The position numbers were made by a program, and so were the translations under genes. This document shows positions 45,220 through 54,245 of a DNA stretch of 64,000 nt, in pieces (the first letter of the stretch is position 1; each line of letters begins with the position of its first letter). The stretch is from Bacteroidota bacterium (GTDB lineage: Bacteria; Bacteroidota; Ignavibacteria; Kryptoniales; JAKASW01). Where the stretch lies: positions 5,022 to 69,021 of the forward strand of contig JAJYRM010000008.1 in assembly GCA_021794075.1 (NCBI GenBank). Reading direction: 5' to 3'. Under the pieces are notes generated by a model. The model was not told the DNA's origin. It saw only the letters and a list, made by a program, of their open reading frames with translations, and made no database searches.

Positions 45220-45896
45220 CAGGAATGTTCTTAATGTTTCTATCCGTCGCGGACACCGCGGCGGTAAATATCAGAGCGCTGGTGACAAGGGATATGGCGC
45301 GCGCGGCAGTCAAGGCCGCCGAGGCGGCGTATCGGAAACCTCCGAGCGAGTTTTTCGGGATCTCCGAGTTCGTGCTGCTTCTCGAGTTGGCGATGATCCT
45401 TGCCATGGCCGCCCTTCTTGTCGCCCTTGTCGTTCGGTCCAGGAGACTAGCGCGTGAACAAAAAGAGAAAGTGGCCCGGGCGCAACGGATGAGTGTCAAA
45501 CGGCCTGCCGCCATTACGAAGGCGGAGATCGAGAGGATACTCGGGCAGATCGCCGTCGATAAGGCGAAAAACGCGGAAGCGTTGACCGGAGCATATTACA
45601 TCGACAACAACGGTAGGCTCGATTCCGCGGCCGCCGTCCACGAGATGGCGAGGGAACACGGAATGGAATCTGAGCGGCTGAAATTTGCCATCTCATACGC
45701 CTCTCAGTCGGCGAGACAGACGGGCGCTAAGTTCAAGGAAGCTTTCTCGCTGGTCAGCGAAGAATCTGATCTGAACGTTTTGGCTCGTCAGCTCAACATG
45801 GGAAAGGGTGAGCTTGAACTTATCCTCGCGTTAAAACGGAGTAAGATTGCCAATTCCAGAAATGTTGTGGATAAAGGCAAAGGAGGAAAATCATGA
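45216..45896 (+). CDS. Hypothetical membrane-anchored protein with C-terminal HTH-like tail
   Basis: One TM segment (FVLLLELAMILAMAALLVALVV), a charged helical region, and C-terminal DLNVLARQLNMGKGELELILALKRS. That tail is reminiscent of flagellar-locus DUF2802/DUF6115 proteins, from memory only. ATGA overlaps on both sides. Confidence 0.45.
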   Translation: MTGMFLMFLSVADTAAVNIRALVTRDMARAAVKAAEAAYRKPPSEFFGISEFVLLLELAMILAMAALLVALVVRSRRLAREQKEKVARAQRMSVKRPAAITKAEIERILGQIAVDKAKNAEALTGAYYIDNNGRLDSAAAVHEMAREHGMESERLKFAISYASQSARQTGAKFKEAFSLVSEESDLNVLARQLNMGKGELELILALKRSKIANSRNVVDKGKGGKS

Positions 45897-46648
45897 TCAA
45901 AGGAATCTACACAAGCGCGCTTGGTCTTATACCGCTGCAGAAGAAACTCGAAGTAATCGCAAACAACCTCGCGAATGTTGATACGACTGCGTTCAAGAGG
46001 GATGATTCGTTTGCAAACCAGCTTATATCCGCCAATACGGTGGTAAATAACGGAAGCGTGGATCCGACGCAGAATGATGTCAGCGAGCAAACGTTCACGG
46101 ACTTCTCACAAGGTCCGCTTCAGCAAACCAGCAATCCGCTCGATGTCGCGATAGACGGTCATGGCTTTTTCGTGGTTCAGAACCAGGACGGCAGCACCAG
46201 CCTCACGCGCGACGGATCGTTCACGCTTTCAAGCGACGGTACCCTCGTAACCCGCAACGGCGCGACCGTTATGGGGGCCGACGGGCCGATACGCATCGGC
46301 GACATACAGCAGATACAGTCGAGTAGTCTAGTCATCGACAGGTACGGCGTCGTCAAGGCAGGCAAAGAAATCTACGGTCAGCTGAGAGTGGTGATGCCCT
46401 CTTCGTATAGCGCGATCAGCAAGGCGGGCGGAAATCTCTATTCGCTTCAACAGAGTGCTCAACTCCAGGATGTCAACCCGTCTTCTGTGACGATCAGGCA
46501 GGGTTATCTCGAAGGGTCTAACGTTAATCCCATCGAGGAGATGGTGGCCATGATACAGATCCAGCAGGATTTCGAAGCAGGCCAGAAAGCCATACAGAGC
46601 CAGAACACCACGCTCTCGGAAGCGAACCAAGTCGGTCAGGTGGCTTGA
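45893..46648 (+). CDS. flgF: Flagellar basal-body rod protein FlgF
   Basis: MIKGIYTSALGL...IANNLANVDTTAFKRD N-terminus and a FlgF/G C-terminal domain (GYLEGSNVNPIEEMVAMIQIQQDFEAGQKAI). Confidence 0.85.
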   Translation: MIKGIYTSALGLIPLQKKLEVIANNLANVDTTAFKRDDSFANQLISANTVVNNGSVDPTQNDVSEQTFTDFSQGPLQQTSNPLDVAIDGHGFFVVQNQDGSTSLTRDGSFTLSSDGTLVTRNGATVMGADGPIRIGDIQQIQSSSLVIDRYGVVKAGKEIYGQLRVVMPSSYSAISKAGGNLYSLQQSAQLQDVNPSSVTIRQGYLEGSNVNPIEEMVAMIQIQQDFEAGQKAIQSQNTTLSEANQVGQVA

Positions 46649-46697
46649 CATGACGACAACGATTTTTAAAACAAGAAATATATAACCGGAGGAAAAC

Positions 46698-47486
46698 ATG
46701 GACAGAGCGTTGAAGACAGCTGCAACCGGAATGTACGCGCAGCAACTCAATGTAGATGCGATAGCTAACAATCTGGCAAACGTGAACACGACTTCGTTTA
46801 AATCGACAAGGGTTGAGTTTCAGGACCTGATGTACCAGACAATCCGCGCCACCGGCGTACCGGACCAGTTGGGTACATATGGCACTCAGGAACTGCAGGT
46901 CGGCGACGGTACGGTCCCGTCCTCAACTACGCGAAACTTCAGCCAGGGCGATCTGACGCCGACTCAGAACCAGCTTGACTTCGGAATTCAAGGGGACGGA
47001 TTCTTCGAAATCCGCATGCCGGACGGCACTGAGGCATACACGCGCGACGGCTCTTTCAAAATATCGGCCAATGGAAACCTAGTCACATCGAACGGAAACC
47101 TCGTCGAGCCCGGCATCACCATACCTGAAAACACGACCAGCCTGTCTGTGGGTCCAGACGGAACCGTGCAGGCGACTGTCTCGGGTCAAACGAATCCTGT
47201 CACGCTCGGCCAGCTACAACTCGCAAAATTTATAAATCCCGACGGACTTCAGGCTCTTGGGAACAACCTTTATCAGGAGACAGTCACATCGGGCACTCCG
47301 ATCCTCGGGAATGCAAACACGACGGGCTTTGGCACTGTTCAGCAGGGCTACCTGGAAGCCTCCAACGTTTCGATCGTTAACCAGATGGTGAAGATGATCG
47401 AGGCGGAGAGGGCATATGAGCTTAACTCGAAGGCGGTCCAGACTGCCAACTCGATGATGCAGATCGCGAATAACCTTGTACAGTAG
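46698..47486 (+). CDS. flgG: Flagellar distal rod protein FlgG
   Basis: ALKTAATGMYAQQLNVDAIANNLANVNTTSFK, and C-terminal GYLEASNVSIVNQMVKMIEAERAYELNSKAVQTA. Confidence 0.93.
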   Translation: MDRALKTAATGMYAQQLNVDAIANNLANVNTTSFKSTRVEFQDLMYQTIRATGVPDQLGTYGTQELQVGDGTVPSSTTRNFSQGDLTPTQNQLDFGIQGDGFFEIRMPDGTEAYTRDGSFKISANGNLVTSNGNLVEPGITIPENTTSLSVGPDGTVQATVSGQTNPVTLGQLQLAKFINPDGLQALGNNLYQETVTSGTPILGNANTTGFGTVQQGYLEASNVSIVNQMVKMIEAERAYELNSKAVQTANSMMQIANNLVQ

Positions 47487-47497
47487 GAGATGATGGA

Positions 47498-48211
47498 ATG
47501 AAATGCGTTTCCTTCGCGGGAATGATTCTTGTGCTATCGCTGACCTCCTTCGCTGTGAGCGAGGCGTTTGGCCAGACCGTGAGCGGGTCTGCCGTACGCG
47601 ACATCGTTGCCGCATATATAAAGAACACGCTCCCGAGATCGCTGGAGACTTCACTAGAGTTTGAAGACCTCAGACCCAGCTACGGCGTCGGCTATAAGAA
47701 ATGCCGCCTGGTTGTTTCGTCAGTAAACTCAGTAACCATGAAAGGTCTCGTGACTTTCCTCGTCAGGGCTCATGCGGTCGGACGCGAAAAGGGTTTCACG
47801 CAAGTAATACCGGTGACGGTGAAGATCAGGACTTTCCAGAAGGTTCTTGTCTCGACTCAGACCATCAACCCGCACAGTGTAATTAGCCGAGACGAAGTGA
47901 CCACTGTGAGAACCGAAACGACCGATATCAATAACCCCGTGTTAAACCTCGGCCAGCTCGATGGAAAGTGGACGACGCAATGGATACAGAGCGGAAAGCC
48001 GCTGACGTTCAGCATGTTCGCTCGCAAGCCGTTAATCAAACAGGGTGAGGCAATAACGATCATATTCAGGACGAAGAACATCACGGTTAGCGACCAGGGA
48101 AGCGCGCTGCAAGACGGGAGAATGGGCGATGTTATCAATGTCGCAAACGAGTACAGGCAAAGCCTTCGTGCCAGGGTTATCGGCAAAGGCGAGGTTCTTT
48201 TAGTGAATTAG
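47498..48211 (+). CDS. flgA: Flagellar P-ring assembly chaperone FlgA
   Basis: Signal peptide, a SAF-like domain, and the C-terminal FlgA pattern (QGSALQDGRMGDVINVANEYRQSLRARVIGKGEV). Confidence 0.8.
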   Translation: MKCVSFAGMILVLSLTSFAVSEAFGQTVSGSAVRDIVAAYIKNTLPRSLETSLEFEDLRPSYGVGYKKCRLVVSSVNSVTMKGLVTFLVRAHAVGREKGFTQVIPVTVKIRTFQKVLVSTQTINPHSVISRDEVTTVRTETTDINNPVLNLGQLDGKWTTQWIQSGKPLTFSMFARKPLIKQGEAITIIFRTKNITVSDQGSALQDGRMGDVINVANEYRQSLRARVIGKGEVLLVN

Positions 48212-48230
48212 AAGTCTTGGAGGATCAATT

Positions 48231-48839
48231 ATGAACAACGAACCGCAAACATATATCAACGGCAGGATAAAGATGGTAAGAATCGTAGCGCTGACGTTTC
48301 TGCTTGCCGGCACGTCGTATGGGCAAGCAATGCGCAATCCGATGAGATCCCTATTCTCAGATTATAAGGCATCGAGAGTCGGAGATGCCGTGACCGTGAT
48401 CGTGACAGAGCAGAGTTCCGCGTCAAAGGATCAATCGACAAACACGAGCAGGGCAAGCAACGTAGGCTTGAACGGCGCGCTGTCGGTCGGGAACGCGACC
48501 GGTCCGTCAGGCAGCGGGTCCCTTGGCACAACAAACGATTTCAAAGGAAGTGGCTCGACAAGCGAAACCGGTAGCGTCCAGGCCACCGTCAGCGCCCAGG
48601 TAGTCAGGGTGGACCAGTACGGCAACCTTGAAATCAAAGGGAGTAGGGACATATCGATCAATGGTCAGGATCAGATTATAAAGATTAGCGGCGTCATTCG
48701 CCCGTCAGACATACTCCCCGACAACACGATATACTCGTCGCAGATATCGGACGCCAAGATCGTGTTTGAAGGATCCGGTTCAGTCAACTCAGCGCAAAAC
48801 CCGAGCTGGCTCATGGCATTTTTCCATTGGCTTTTCTGA
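48231..48839 (+). CDS. flgH: Flagellar L-ring protein FlgH
   Basis: SLFSDYKASRVGDAVTVIVTEQSSAS ... GNLEIKGSRDISINGQDQIIKISGVIRPSDI is the FlgH family pattern. GGAGG lies 7 nt upstream of ATG 48231. The protein contains no cysteine. Confidence 0.88.
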   Translation: MNNEPQTYINGRIKMVRIVALTFLLAGTSYGQAMRNPMRSLFSDYKASRVGDAVTVIVTEQSSASKDQSTNTSRASNVGLNGALSVGNATGPSGSGSLGTTNDFKGSGSTSETGSVQATVSAQVVRVDQYGNLEIKGSRDISINGQDQIIKISGVIRPSDILPDNTIYSSQISDAKIVFEGSGSVNSAQNPSWLMAFFHWLF

Positions 48840-48844
48840 GGTAA

Positions 48845-49936
48845 GTGATGAAAAAGACTTTTGTAATACTCTTAATGGCAGCTTCTGTCGCGTACGCGAC
48901 ACGTATAAAGGACATTGCCTATATCAAGGGCGTCAATCATTACCAGGTTATCGGCTACGGCCTCGTCGTCGGGCTTAACGGGACCGGCGATTCTCAGATG
49001 TCGATCCTTACCCAACAGTCGGTTGCAAGCATGATGAAGAGGTTCGGCATCACGCTCGATCAGAGCCAGATCAGGATGAGAAACGTGGCCGCCGTTATGG
49101 TGGTGGCGTCGATTCCACCTTTCTCTGCGAAAGGCGCCTCGATTGACGTAACCGTTTCGTCCATGGGAGACGCAACCAGTTTGCAGGGCGGCGCGCTTCT
49201 TCTGACCGACCTGGTCGGACAAGACGGCAGGGTTTACGCGACGGCACAGGGCCCAATCTCCGTCGGTGGCTACAACTTCCAGGCAGCGGGGTCGATGATA
49301 CAGAACAACTTCACGACCACCGGCAGGATTCCCAATGGCGCCCTCGTCCAGAGAACTCCTCCGGTTCAGTTCGACAACAACGGGGACATCTCAATAATTC
49401 TCTCGCAAGAAGATTTCACGACCGCCGACAGGGTTGCAGAAGTAATAAACAAGAGCGTCGGTAGCCCGGTCGCGTATGCGATAGACGGTGGGAGAATAGA
49501 TGTCAACGTGCCGAAGGCGTTTCAACCGCAGAATAAAATTGTCCAGTTCATTTCGCAGATAGAGATGCTTCAGGTCGTTCCCGATGTTGTCGCGAGAGTG
49601 GTTATTAATGAACGCACAGGCACCGTCGTCATCGGGCAGAACGTGACGATCCTTCCTGTTGCTATTTCGCATGGTAATCTGAATATCGAAGTTCAGGCTT
49701 ATCCCGTCATCTCACAACCCGCGCCATTCTCTCAGGGCCAGACCTATGCCACCGAGGCGGCAACGCTGCAGGCGAACCAGGACACGAGCTCCGTCGTCGC
49801 CATAAACGGCGCGGCAACGGTACAGGATATCGCCAACGCTCTGAACTCGCTTAAGGTCAGACCGGAAGACATAATAGCAATATTCCAGGCGTTGAAGGCC
49901 GCCGGAGCTTTGAAAGCACAACTAGTGATAATGTAA
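48845..49936 (+). CDS. flgI: Flagellar P-ring protein FlgI
   Basis: Signal peptide, then RIKDIAYIKGVNHYQVIGYGLVVGLNGTGD, and C-terminal IIAIFQALKAAGALKAQLVIM. Confidence 0.94.
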   Translation: MMKKTFVILLMAASVAYATRIKDIAYIKGVNHYQVIGYGLVVGLNGTGDSQMSILTQQSVASMMKRFGITLDQSQIRMRNVAAVMVVASIPPFSAKGASIDVTVSSMGDATSLQGGALLLTDLVGQDGRVYATAQGPISVGGYNFQAAGSMIQNNFTTTGRIPNGALVQRTPPVQFDNNGDISIILSQEDFTTADRVAEVINKSVGSPVAYAIDGGRIDVNVPKAFQPQNKIVQFISQIEMLQVVPDVVARVVINERTGTVVIGQNVTILPVAISHGNLNIEVQAYPVISQPAPFSQGQTYATEAATLQANQDTSSVVAINGAATVQDIANALNSLKVRPEDIIAIFQALKAAGALKAQLVIM

Positions 49937-49941
49937 CCGGC

Positions 49942-50760
49942 ATGGATAAGATTCAGCAAAACATATCGGCAGGACAGGTTCAGTTAACCGCGCAGCAAAA
50001 AGCGAAACTCAAAGTCGCTGTGAAAGACTTTGAAGCCGTGTTCATGCAGTATATGCTGAAAGCCATGCAGGAAACCGAGAATATCGACGGAAAGAGCGAC
50101 AACAAGGGATACGGAAACGGTATCATGACCGGCCTGTTTAATATGAAGCTCTCGGAATACATGACAAAGAATTCAAGCCTCGGCATCGGTAGCATGCTTT
50201 ACAAGCAGCTTACCGGTGAGGAGATGGACACGACTCCTGCCGGGGTTTCTCAGTCGGAGCTCAACGATCCGGTCCAGGGGCTTCCCGATAAGCCGCAAAA
50301 TGTTCTTCAGAAGATAAAAGCCTACAGCTCGGGTTCGCTGCTGGAGAACGTCGGTAAATATTCCGATATAATTAATGAAGCGGCAGGTACCTACAATTTG
50401 CAGCCTAACCTGATAAAAGCTGTCATCGCCGCGGAATCTTCGGGGAACGCCGACTCGCTTTCGGTCAAGGATGCGAAAGGGCTCATGCAGCTTACCGATT
50501 CGACTGCAAAGGAAATGGGCGTCTCAAACCCGTTCAACCCGAAGGAGAACATAATGGGTGGCGCGAAGTATCTGAAAAGCCTTGTGGAGAAATTTCCCGG
50601 CGACCTTGAAAAGGCGCTGGCTTCTTACAATGCGGGACCCGGAGCGGTTGAGCAATACGGTGGCGTGCCTCCATACCCGGAGACACAAACATACGTCAAG
50701 AGAGTAATGAACTATTTAAACATGTTCGACGCGAGTGAGGTTGGCAATGGAGGACAATAG
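49942..50760 (+). CDS. flgJ: FlgJ-like rod-binding domain fused to a lytic transglycosylase (SLT) domain
   Basis: N-terminal rod-binding motif (AVKDFEAVFMQYMLKAMQE). C-terminal SLT signatures (AVIAAESSGN, GLMQLTDSTAKEMG, ASYNAGPGAV). Confidence 0.8.
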   Translation: MDKIQQNISAGQVQLTAQQKAKLKVAVKDFEAVFMQYMLKAMQETENIDGKSDNKGYGNGIMTGLFNMKLSEYMTKNSSLGIGSMLYKQLTGEEMDTTPAGVSQSELNDPVQGLPDKPQNVLQKIKAYSSGSLLENVGKYSDIINEAAGTYNLQPNLIKAVIAAESSGNADSLSVKDAKGLMQLTDSTAKEMGVSNPFNPKENIMGGAKYLKSLVEKFPGDLEKALASYNAGPGAVEQYGGVPPYPETQTYVKRVMNYLNMFDASEVGNGGQ

Positions 50761-51190
50761 TAAGAAACGTTTGCTAGACTTAACTGGACTGGAAACCGCC
50801 GAGTTCGAAAAAATGGCGGAGATACTTTTGAAGAAACGATCAGCAATTTCCAGTCTCGATACGGAAAGGCTCCAAACATTGGTGAGCGAAGAGCTTTCCA
50901 GGATGAACGAGATACGCGTACTTGAAAAGGAAAGAGCGGAAATTCTTCGGACTCTTTCTCTTTCGGGAGAAGAGCTCGTCGAGCCCGCGTCTCTAGACGG
51001 TAAACTGGGAAGTGAGTATGCAGGCAAGTTTCTGGAACTCCATGGGAAATTCCGTGCGGTATTCGCGAACGTAATGAGGCTGAACGATATGTGCCAGGTT
51101 TTGCTCCTGCATTCGCTCGCCTTCATTAAACAGAATATCCGAATCCTTACCGACGACGGTAAGCGAAGACTGGTCGACAAGAAAGCCTGA
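50747..51190 (+). CDS. FlgN-like flagellar export chaperone
   Basis: About 147 aa, helical, immediately upstream of flgK. The N-terminal pattern (LLDLTGLETAEFEKMAEILLKKRSAISSLDTERLQTL) is FlgN-like. Confidence 0.5.
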   Translation: MEDNSKKRLLDLTGLETAEFEKMAEILLKKRSAISSLDTERLQTLVSEELSRMNEIRVLEKERAEILRTLSLSGEELVEPASLDGKLGSEYAGKFLELHGKFRAVFANVMRLNDMCQVLLLHSLAFIKQNIRILTDDGKRRLVDKKA

Positions 51191-51196
51191 GCTGTC

Positions 51197-52579
51197 ATGA
51201 GCGGACTAACAAGCATACTTAACATCGGGAATGAGGCTCTCAACACGAGCCAGACCGAGCTGAACACGACCGCGCACAACATAGCGAACGCGAATACTCC
51301 TGGTTATACCAGGCAGCGCGTCGACACACAGGCGGCCATCCCGGTCGAGACGCCTTACGGCTACCTCGGCACCGGCGTGGAAGTGACCGGCATACAGGGC
51401 GTCAGAAATGCCTACGTTAATGAGCAGGTAACAAACCTGAACTCAGATTTGAGTCAGGCAAATATCAACCAGCAAACCCTGACATCGATCGGGGGGATCT
51501 TCAACGAGACGGCTACCTCGACAAACGGATTGACCGCGCAACTTAACGCGTTTTTCGGCGCGATGCAGACTCTGTCGCAATCTCCCGAAGACAGCGGACT
51601 GAGACAAAACGTATTGCAGGCCGGAATAAACGTCGCCACTACTTTCAATTCCCTGAACAGTCAGCTCCAGAACGTAAAGTACCAGGTAAGCCAGCAAATC
51701 GGATCGGATGTAAATCAAATCAACACGCTCGCTGGAACCATCGCGAGCATCAACAAACAGCTCATGGCCAACGCGGGAACATCGAGGAATTCCTCGGATC
51801 TTCAGGACCAGATGAATAACGCGATCAGTCAGCTGAGCAATCTGGTGAACGTGAAGGTGGTGACGGACTCGAATGGCGTAATGAACGTGACTGCGGGCGG
51901 GGCTGTCCTGGTCGCGGCGGGAAGCGCGTTTAAGTTCAGCATGACGCAGACCTCTTCCGGAATAACCGTCGGTCGCTCTGATTCTTCGGTGCCTGCCACG
52001 ATCTCTTCAGGCGAACTGGCTGGGCTTATGAACTCTTACGACACCCAGATCCCAGCGTACTCTTCGCAACTCGATACGATTGCTTCGACATTCGCCAAGA
52101 CAATCAATACATTCAACAACGCCGGCTACACGCTCTCTACAAATGGAAAACAGGCCACGCAGGGAGGAGACTTCTTCCAGGGAACTACCGCCGGGACGAT
52201 ACAGGTGTCTCAAAACATTATTTCTAATCTGAACAACATAGCGGCTTCCTCTTCAGGAGCGCCTGGCGACGGCCAGAACGCGGCCGCCATGGGCAACGTG
52301 CTGAACGCACCAGTGATGAGCAACGGTCAGTCTATCATCAATGCTTATGAGGCCCTTGTGAACCAGGTCGGTACAGATTCACAGACTGCCAACAACAATG
52401 TCCAAACCATTCAACTCCAGCAGAATCAGATGCAGGCTTTCCAGTCTTCGATCTCCGGCGTTTCCCTCAACCAGGAGCTGACCAACATGATTCAGTATCA
52501 GCATTCGTTCGAGGCCGCCGCCAAGGTTATTACGACAGCGGACGCGATGTACCAGACAATTATCGGAATGGTGCCGTAA
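51197..52579 (+). CDS. flgK: Flagellar hook-associated protein 1, FlgK
   Basis: N-terminus ILNIGNEALNTSQTELNTTAHNIANANTPGYTRQ and C-terminus SGVSLNQELTNMIQYQHSFEAAAKVI. Confidence 0.88.
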   Translation: MSGLTSILNIGNEALNTSQTELNTTAHNIANANTPGYTRQRVDTQAAIPVETPYGYLGTGVEVTGIQGVRNAYVNEQVTNLNSDLSQANINQQTLTSIGGIFNETATSTNGLTAQLNAFFGAMQTLSQSPEDSGLRQNVLQAGINVATTFNSLNSQLQNVKYQVSQQIGSDVNQINTLAGTIASINKQLMANAGTSRNSSDLQDQMNNAISQLSNLVNVKVVTDSNGVMNVTAGGAVLVAAGSAFKFSMTQTSSGITVGRSDSSVPATISSGELAGLMNSYDTQIPAYSSQLDTIASTFAKTINTFNNAGYTLSTNGKQATQGGDFFQGTTAGTIQVSQNIISNLNNIAASSSGAPGDGQNAAAMGNVLNAPVMSNGQSIINAYEALVNQVGTDSQTANNNVQTIQLQQNQMQAFQSSISGVSLNQELTNMIQYQHSFEAAAKVITTADAMYQTIIGMVP

Positions 52580-52580
52580 A

Positions 52581-53465
52581 ATGAGAATCAATGAACAACA
52601 GATCGTGAGCGATCTGCTTTACTCGCTTGGCCAGGACAACTCGTCCATCAACAAGCTGCAGGAGCAGATCTCGACCGGCCAGATTGTGAACTCTCCTTCC
52701 GACAATCCGGCTCTCAACCAGCAGCTGATGCTGCTTCAAGGACAGGTTAATCAGAATAATGTCTACACCCAGAACGCGCAGTACGCTTACGGATTCTTGA
52801 ACGAACAGAGCTCTGTGCTGAATAGCGCCGTGGGCATCCTCACAAATATTAAGACCATGATGGTTTCAGCGGCGAACGACACCAATGCGCACGATCTTCA
52901 AAGCTACGGCACTGAACTCGGGCAGCAGATCAAACAGCTCCTTGACCTTTCGAATACGCAGTACGGGGGAAAATATATTTTTGGAGGGACGGAAACGACA
53001 TCGCAGCCCTTTTTTATGAACGCGGCGCAGACTGCCGTCAGCGCCAATCCAAACGGCGTGGGTGGCGCCCTTCAGCTCAATGTCGGCCAACAGATGACCG
53101 AACAATATAATATCACCGGCGCCGAAGCTTTCAATAACGGGAATCTTTTCAACGATCTTATCTCAATCGAGAACTCGATGGCGAGCGGGAACACGCCGAG
53201 CCAGGCAAACCTATCAACCGTCAGCAACTACCTTAACTCGATGATAAACACCAACGCGAAAGCGGGCGCGATGATGGACCGGTTTAACCTCATCCAAAAT
53301 CAGTTGAGTTCCCAGAATCAAACGCTTCAAACGACGATATCGAACCTGGGAAATACCGACGTGGCATCTGCCGTAATCCAACTTCAGCAGCAGCAGACAA
53401 CATTGAACGCGGCACTGAAAACAGGCTCCGGAATCATTCAACTCTCTCTGGCGAATTACCTCTAA
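52581..53465 (+). CDS. flgL: Flagellar hook-associated protein 3, FlgL
   Basis: Flagellin-N-like start (INKLQEQISTGQIVNSPSDNPA) and a flagellin-C-like end (DVASAVIQLQQQQTTLNAALK). Follows flgK. Confidence 0.8.
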   Translation: MRINEQQIVSDLLYSLGQDNSSINKLQEQISTGQIVNSPSDNPALNQQLMLLQGQVNQNNVYTQNAQYAYGFLNEQSSVLNSAVGILTNIKTMMVSAANDTNAHDLQSYGTELGQQIKQLLDLSNTQYGGKYIFGGTETTSQPFFMNAAQTAVSANPNGVGGALQLNVGQQMTEQYNITGAEAFNNGNLFNDLISIENSMASGNTPSQANLSTVSNYLNSMINTNAKAGAMMDRFNLIQNQLSSQNQTLQTTISNLGNTDVASAVIQLQQQQTTLNAALKTGSGIIQLSLANYL

Positions 53466-53468
53466 GGC

Positions 53469-54245
53469 ATGAAGAAAACCATCGAAATAGGGACGGTGGT
53501 CGGACTATTGTTCGGCCTGATCGCGATATTCGGATCCTTCCTTATGGAAGGAGGAAATTTCGGCGCGCTGATAATGATCCCGGCCATCACGATCGTTATC
53601 GGAGGCACCTTCGCGACCGCGATGATCGGAACTTCATTCAAGCAGTTCGGCAGCATTTGGAAATTCGCGCTCGTCGCTTTCATGCCTCCGAAGCAAGATG
53701 TCAAGAAAATGATCGACACCATAGTCCGCTTCGCTACTGTGGCACGCAAAGACGGGCTTCTCGTCCTGGAGAAAGAACTCAACAATATCGATCACACGTT
53801 CCTGAAGAAGATGTTGCGTTTTGCGATCGACGGAACGGATCCGCAGACGATGCGGGCGGTCGCCGAGACTGAAATGGGATTCCTGAACGAACGCCACGCC
53901 TCCAACGCGCAGATATTTCAGAAAATGGGGGGCTATGCTCCAACGATGGGAATCATAGGTACCGTTATGGGGCTCATCGTGACACTCGCTAACGCGGGAG
54001 GAAACCCGAACGACCTCATTCACCATATCGCGAGCGCCTTCATCGCTACGCTTTGGGGTATCTTCACTGCCAATATCATTTGGCTCCCGATTGCCGATAA
54101 GTTGAAGACAATCCACGCAGAGGAGAACCTCCTCATGGAGATAACGCTCGAAGGGGTGCTGGCATTGCAGGCGGGTGAGATTCCCGCCATCGTCGCAGCC
54201 AAACTGAAATCAATGCTTCCGAGCGGCGAGCAGGGTGATCTGTAA
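53469..54245 (+). CDS. motA: Flagellar stator protein MotA
   Basis: MotA/TolQ/ExbB channel pattern: four TM segments and APTMGIIGTVMGLI ... AFIATLWGIFTANIIWLPIADKL. Confidence 0.92.
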   Translation: MKKTIEIGTVVGLLFGLIAIFGSFLMEGGNFGALIMIPAITIVIGGTFATAMIGTSFKQFGSIWKFALVAFMPPKQDVKKMIDTIVRFATVARKDGLLVLEKELNNIDHTFLKKMLRFAIDGTDPQTMRAVAETEMGFLNERHASNAQIFQKMGGYAPTMGIIGTVMGLIVTLANAGGNPNDLIHHIASAFIATLWGIFTANIIWLPIADKLKTIHAEENLLMEITLEGVLALQAGEIPAIVAAKLKSMLPSGEQGDL

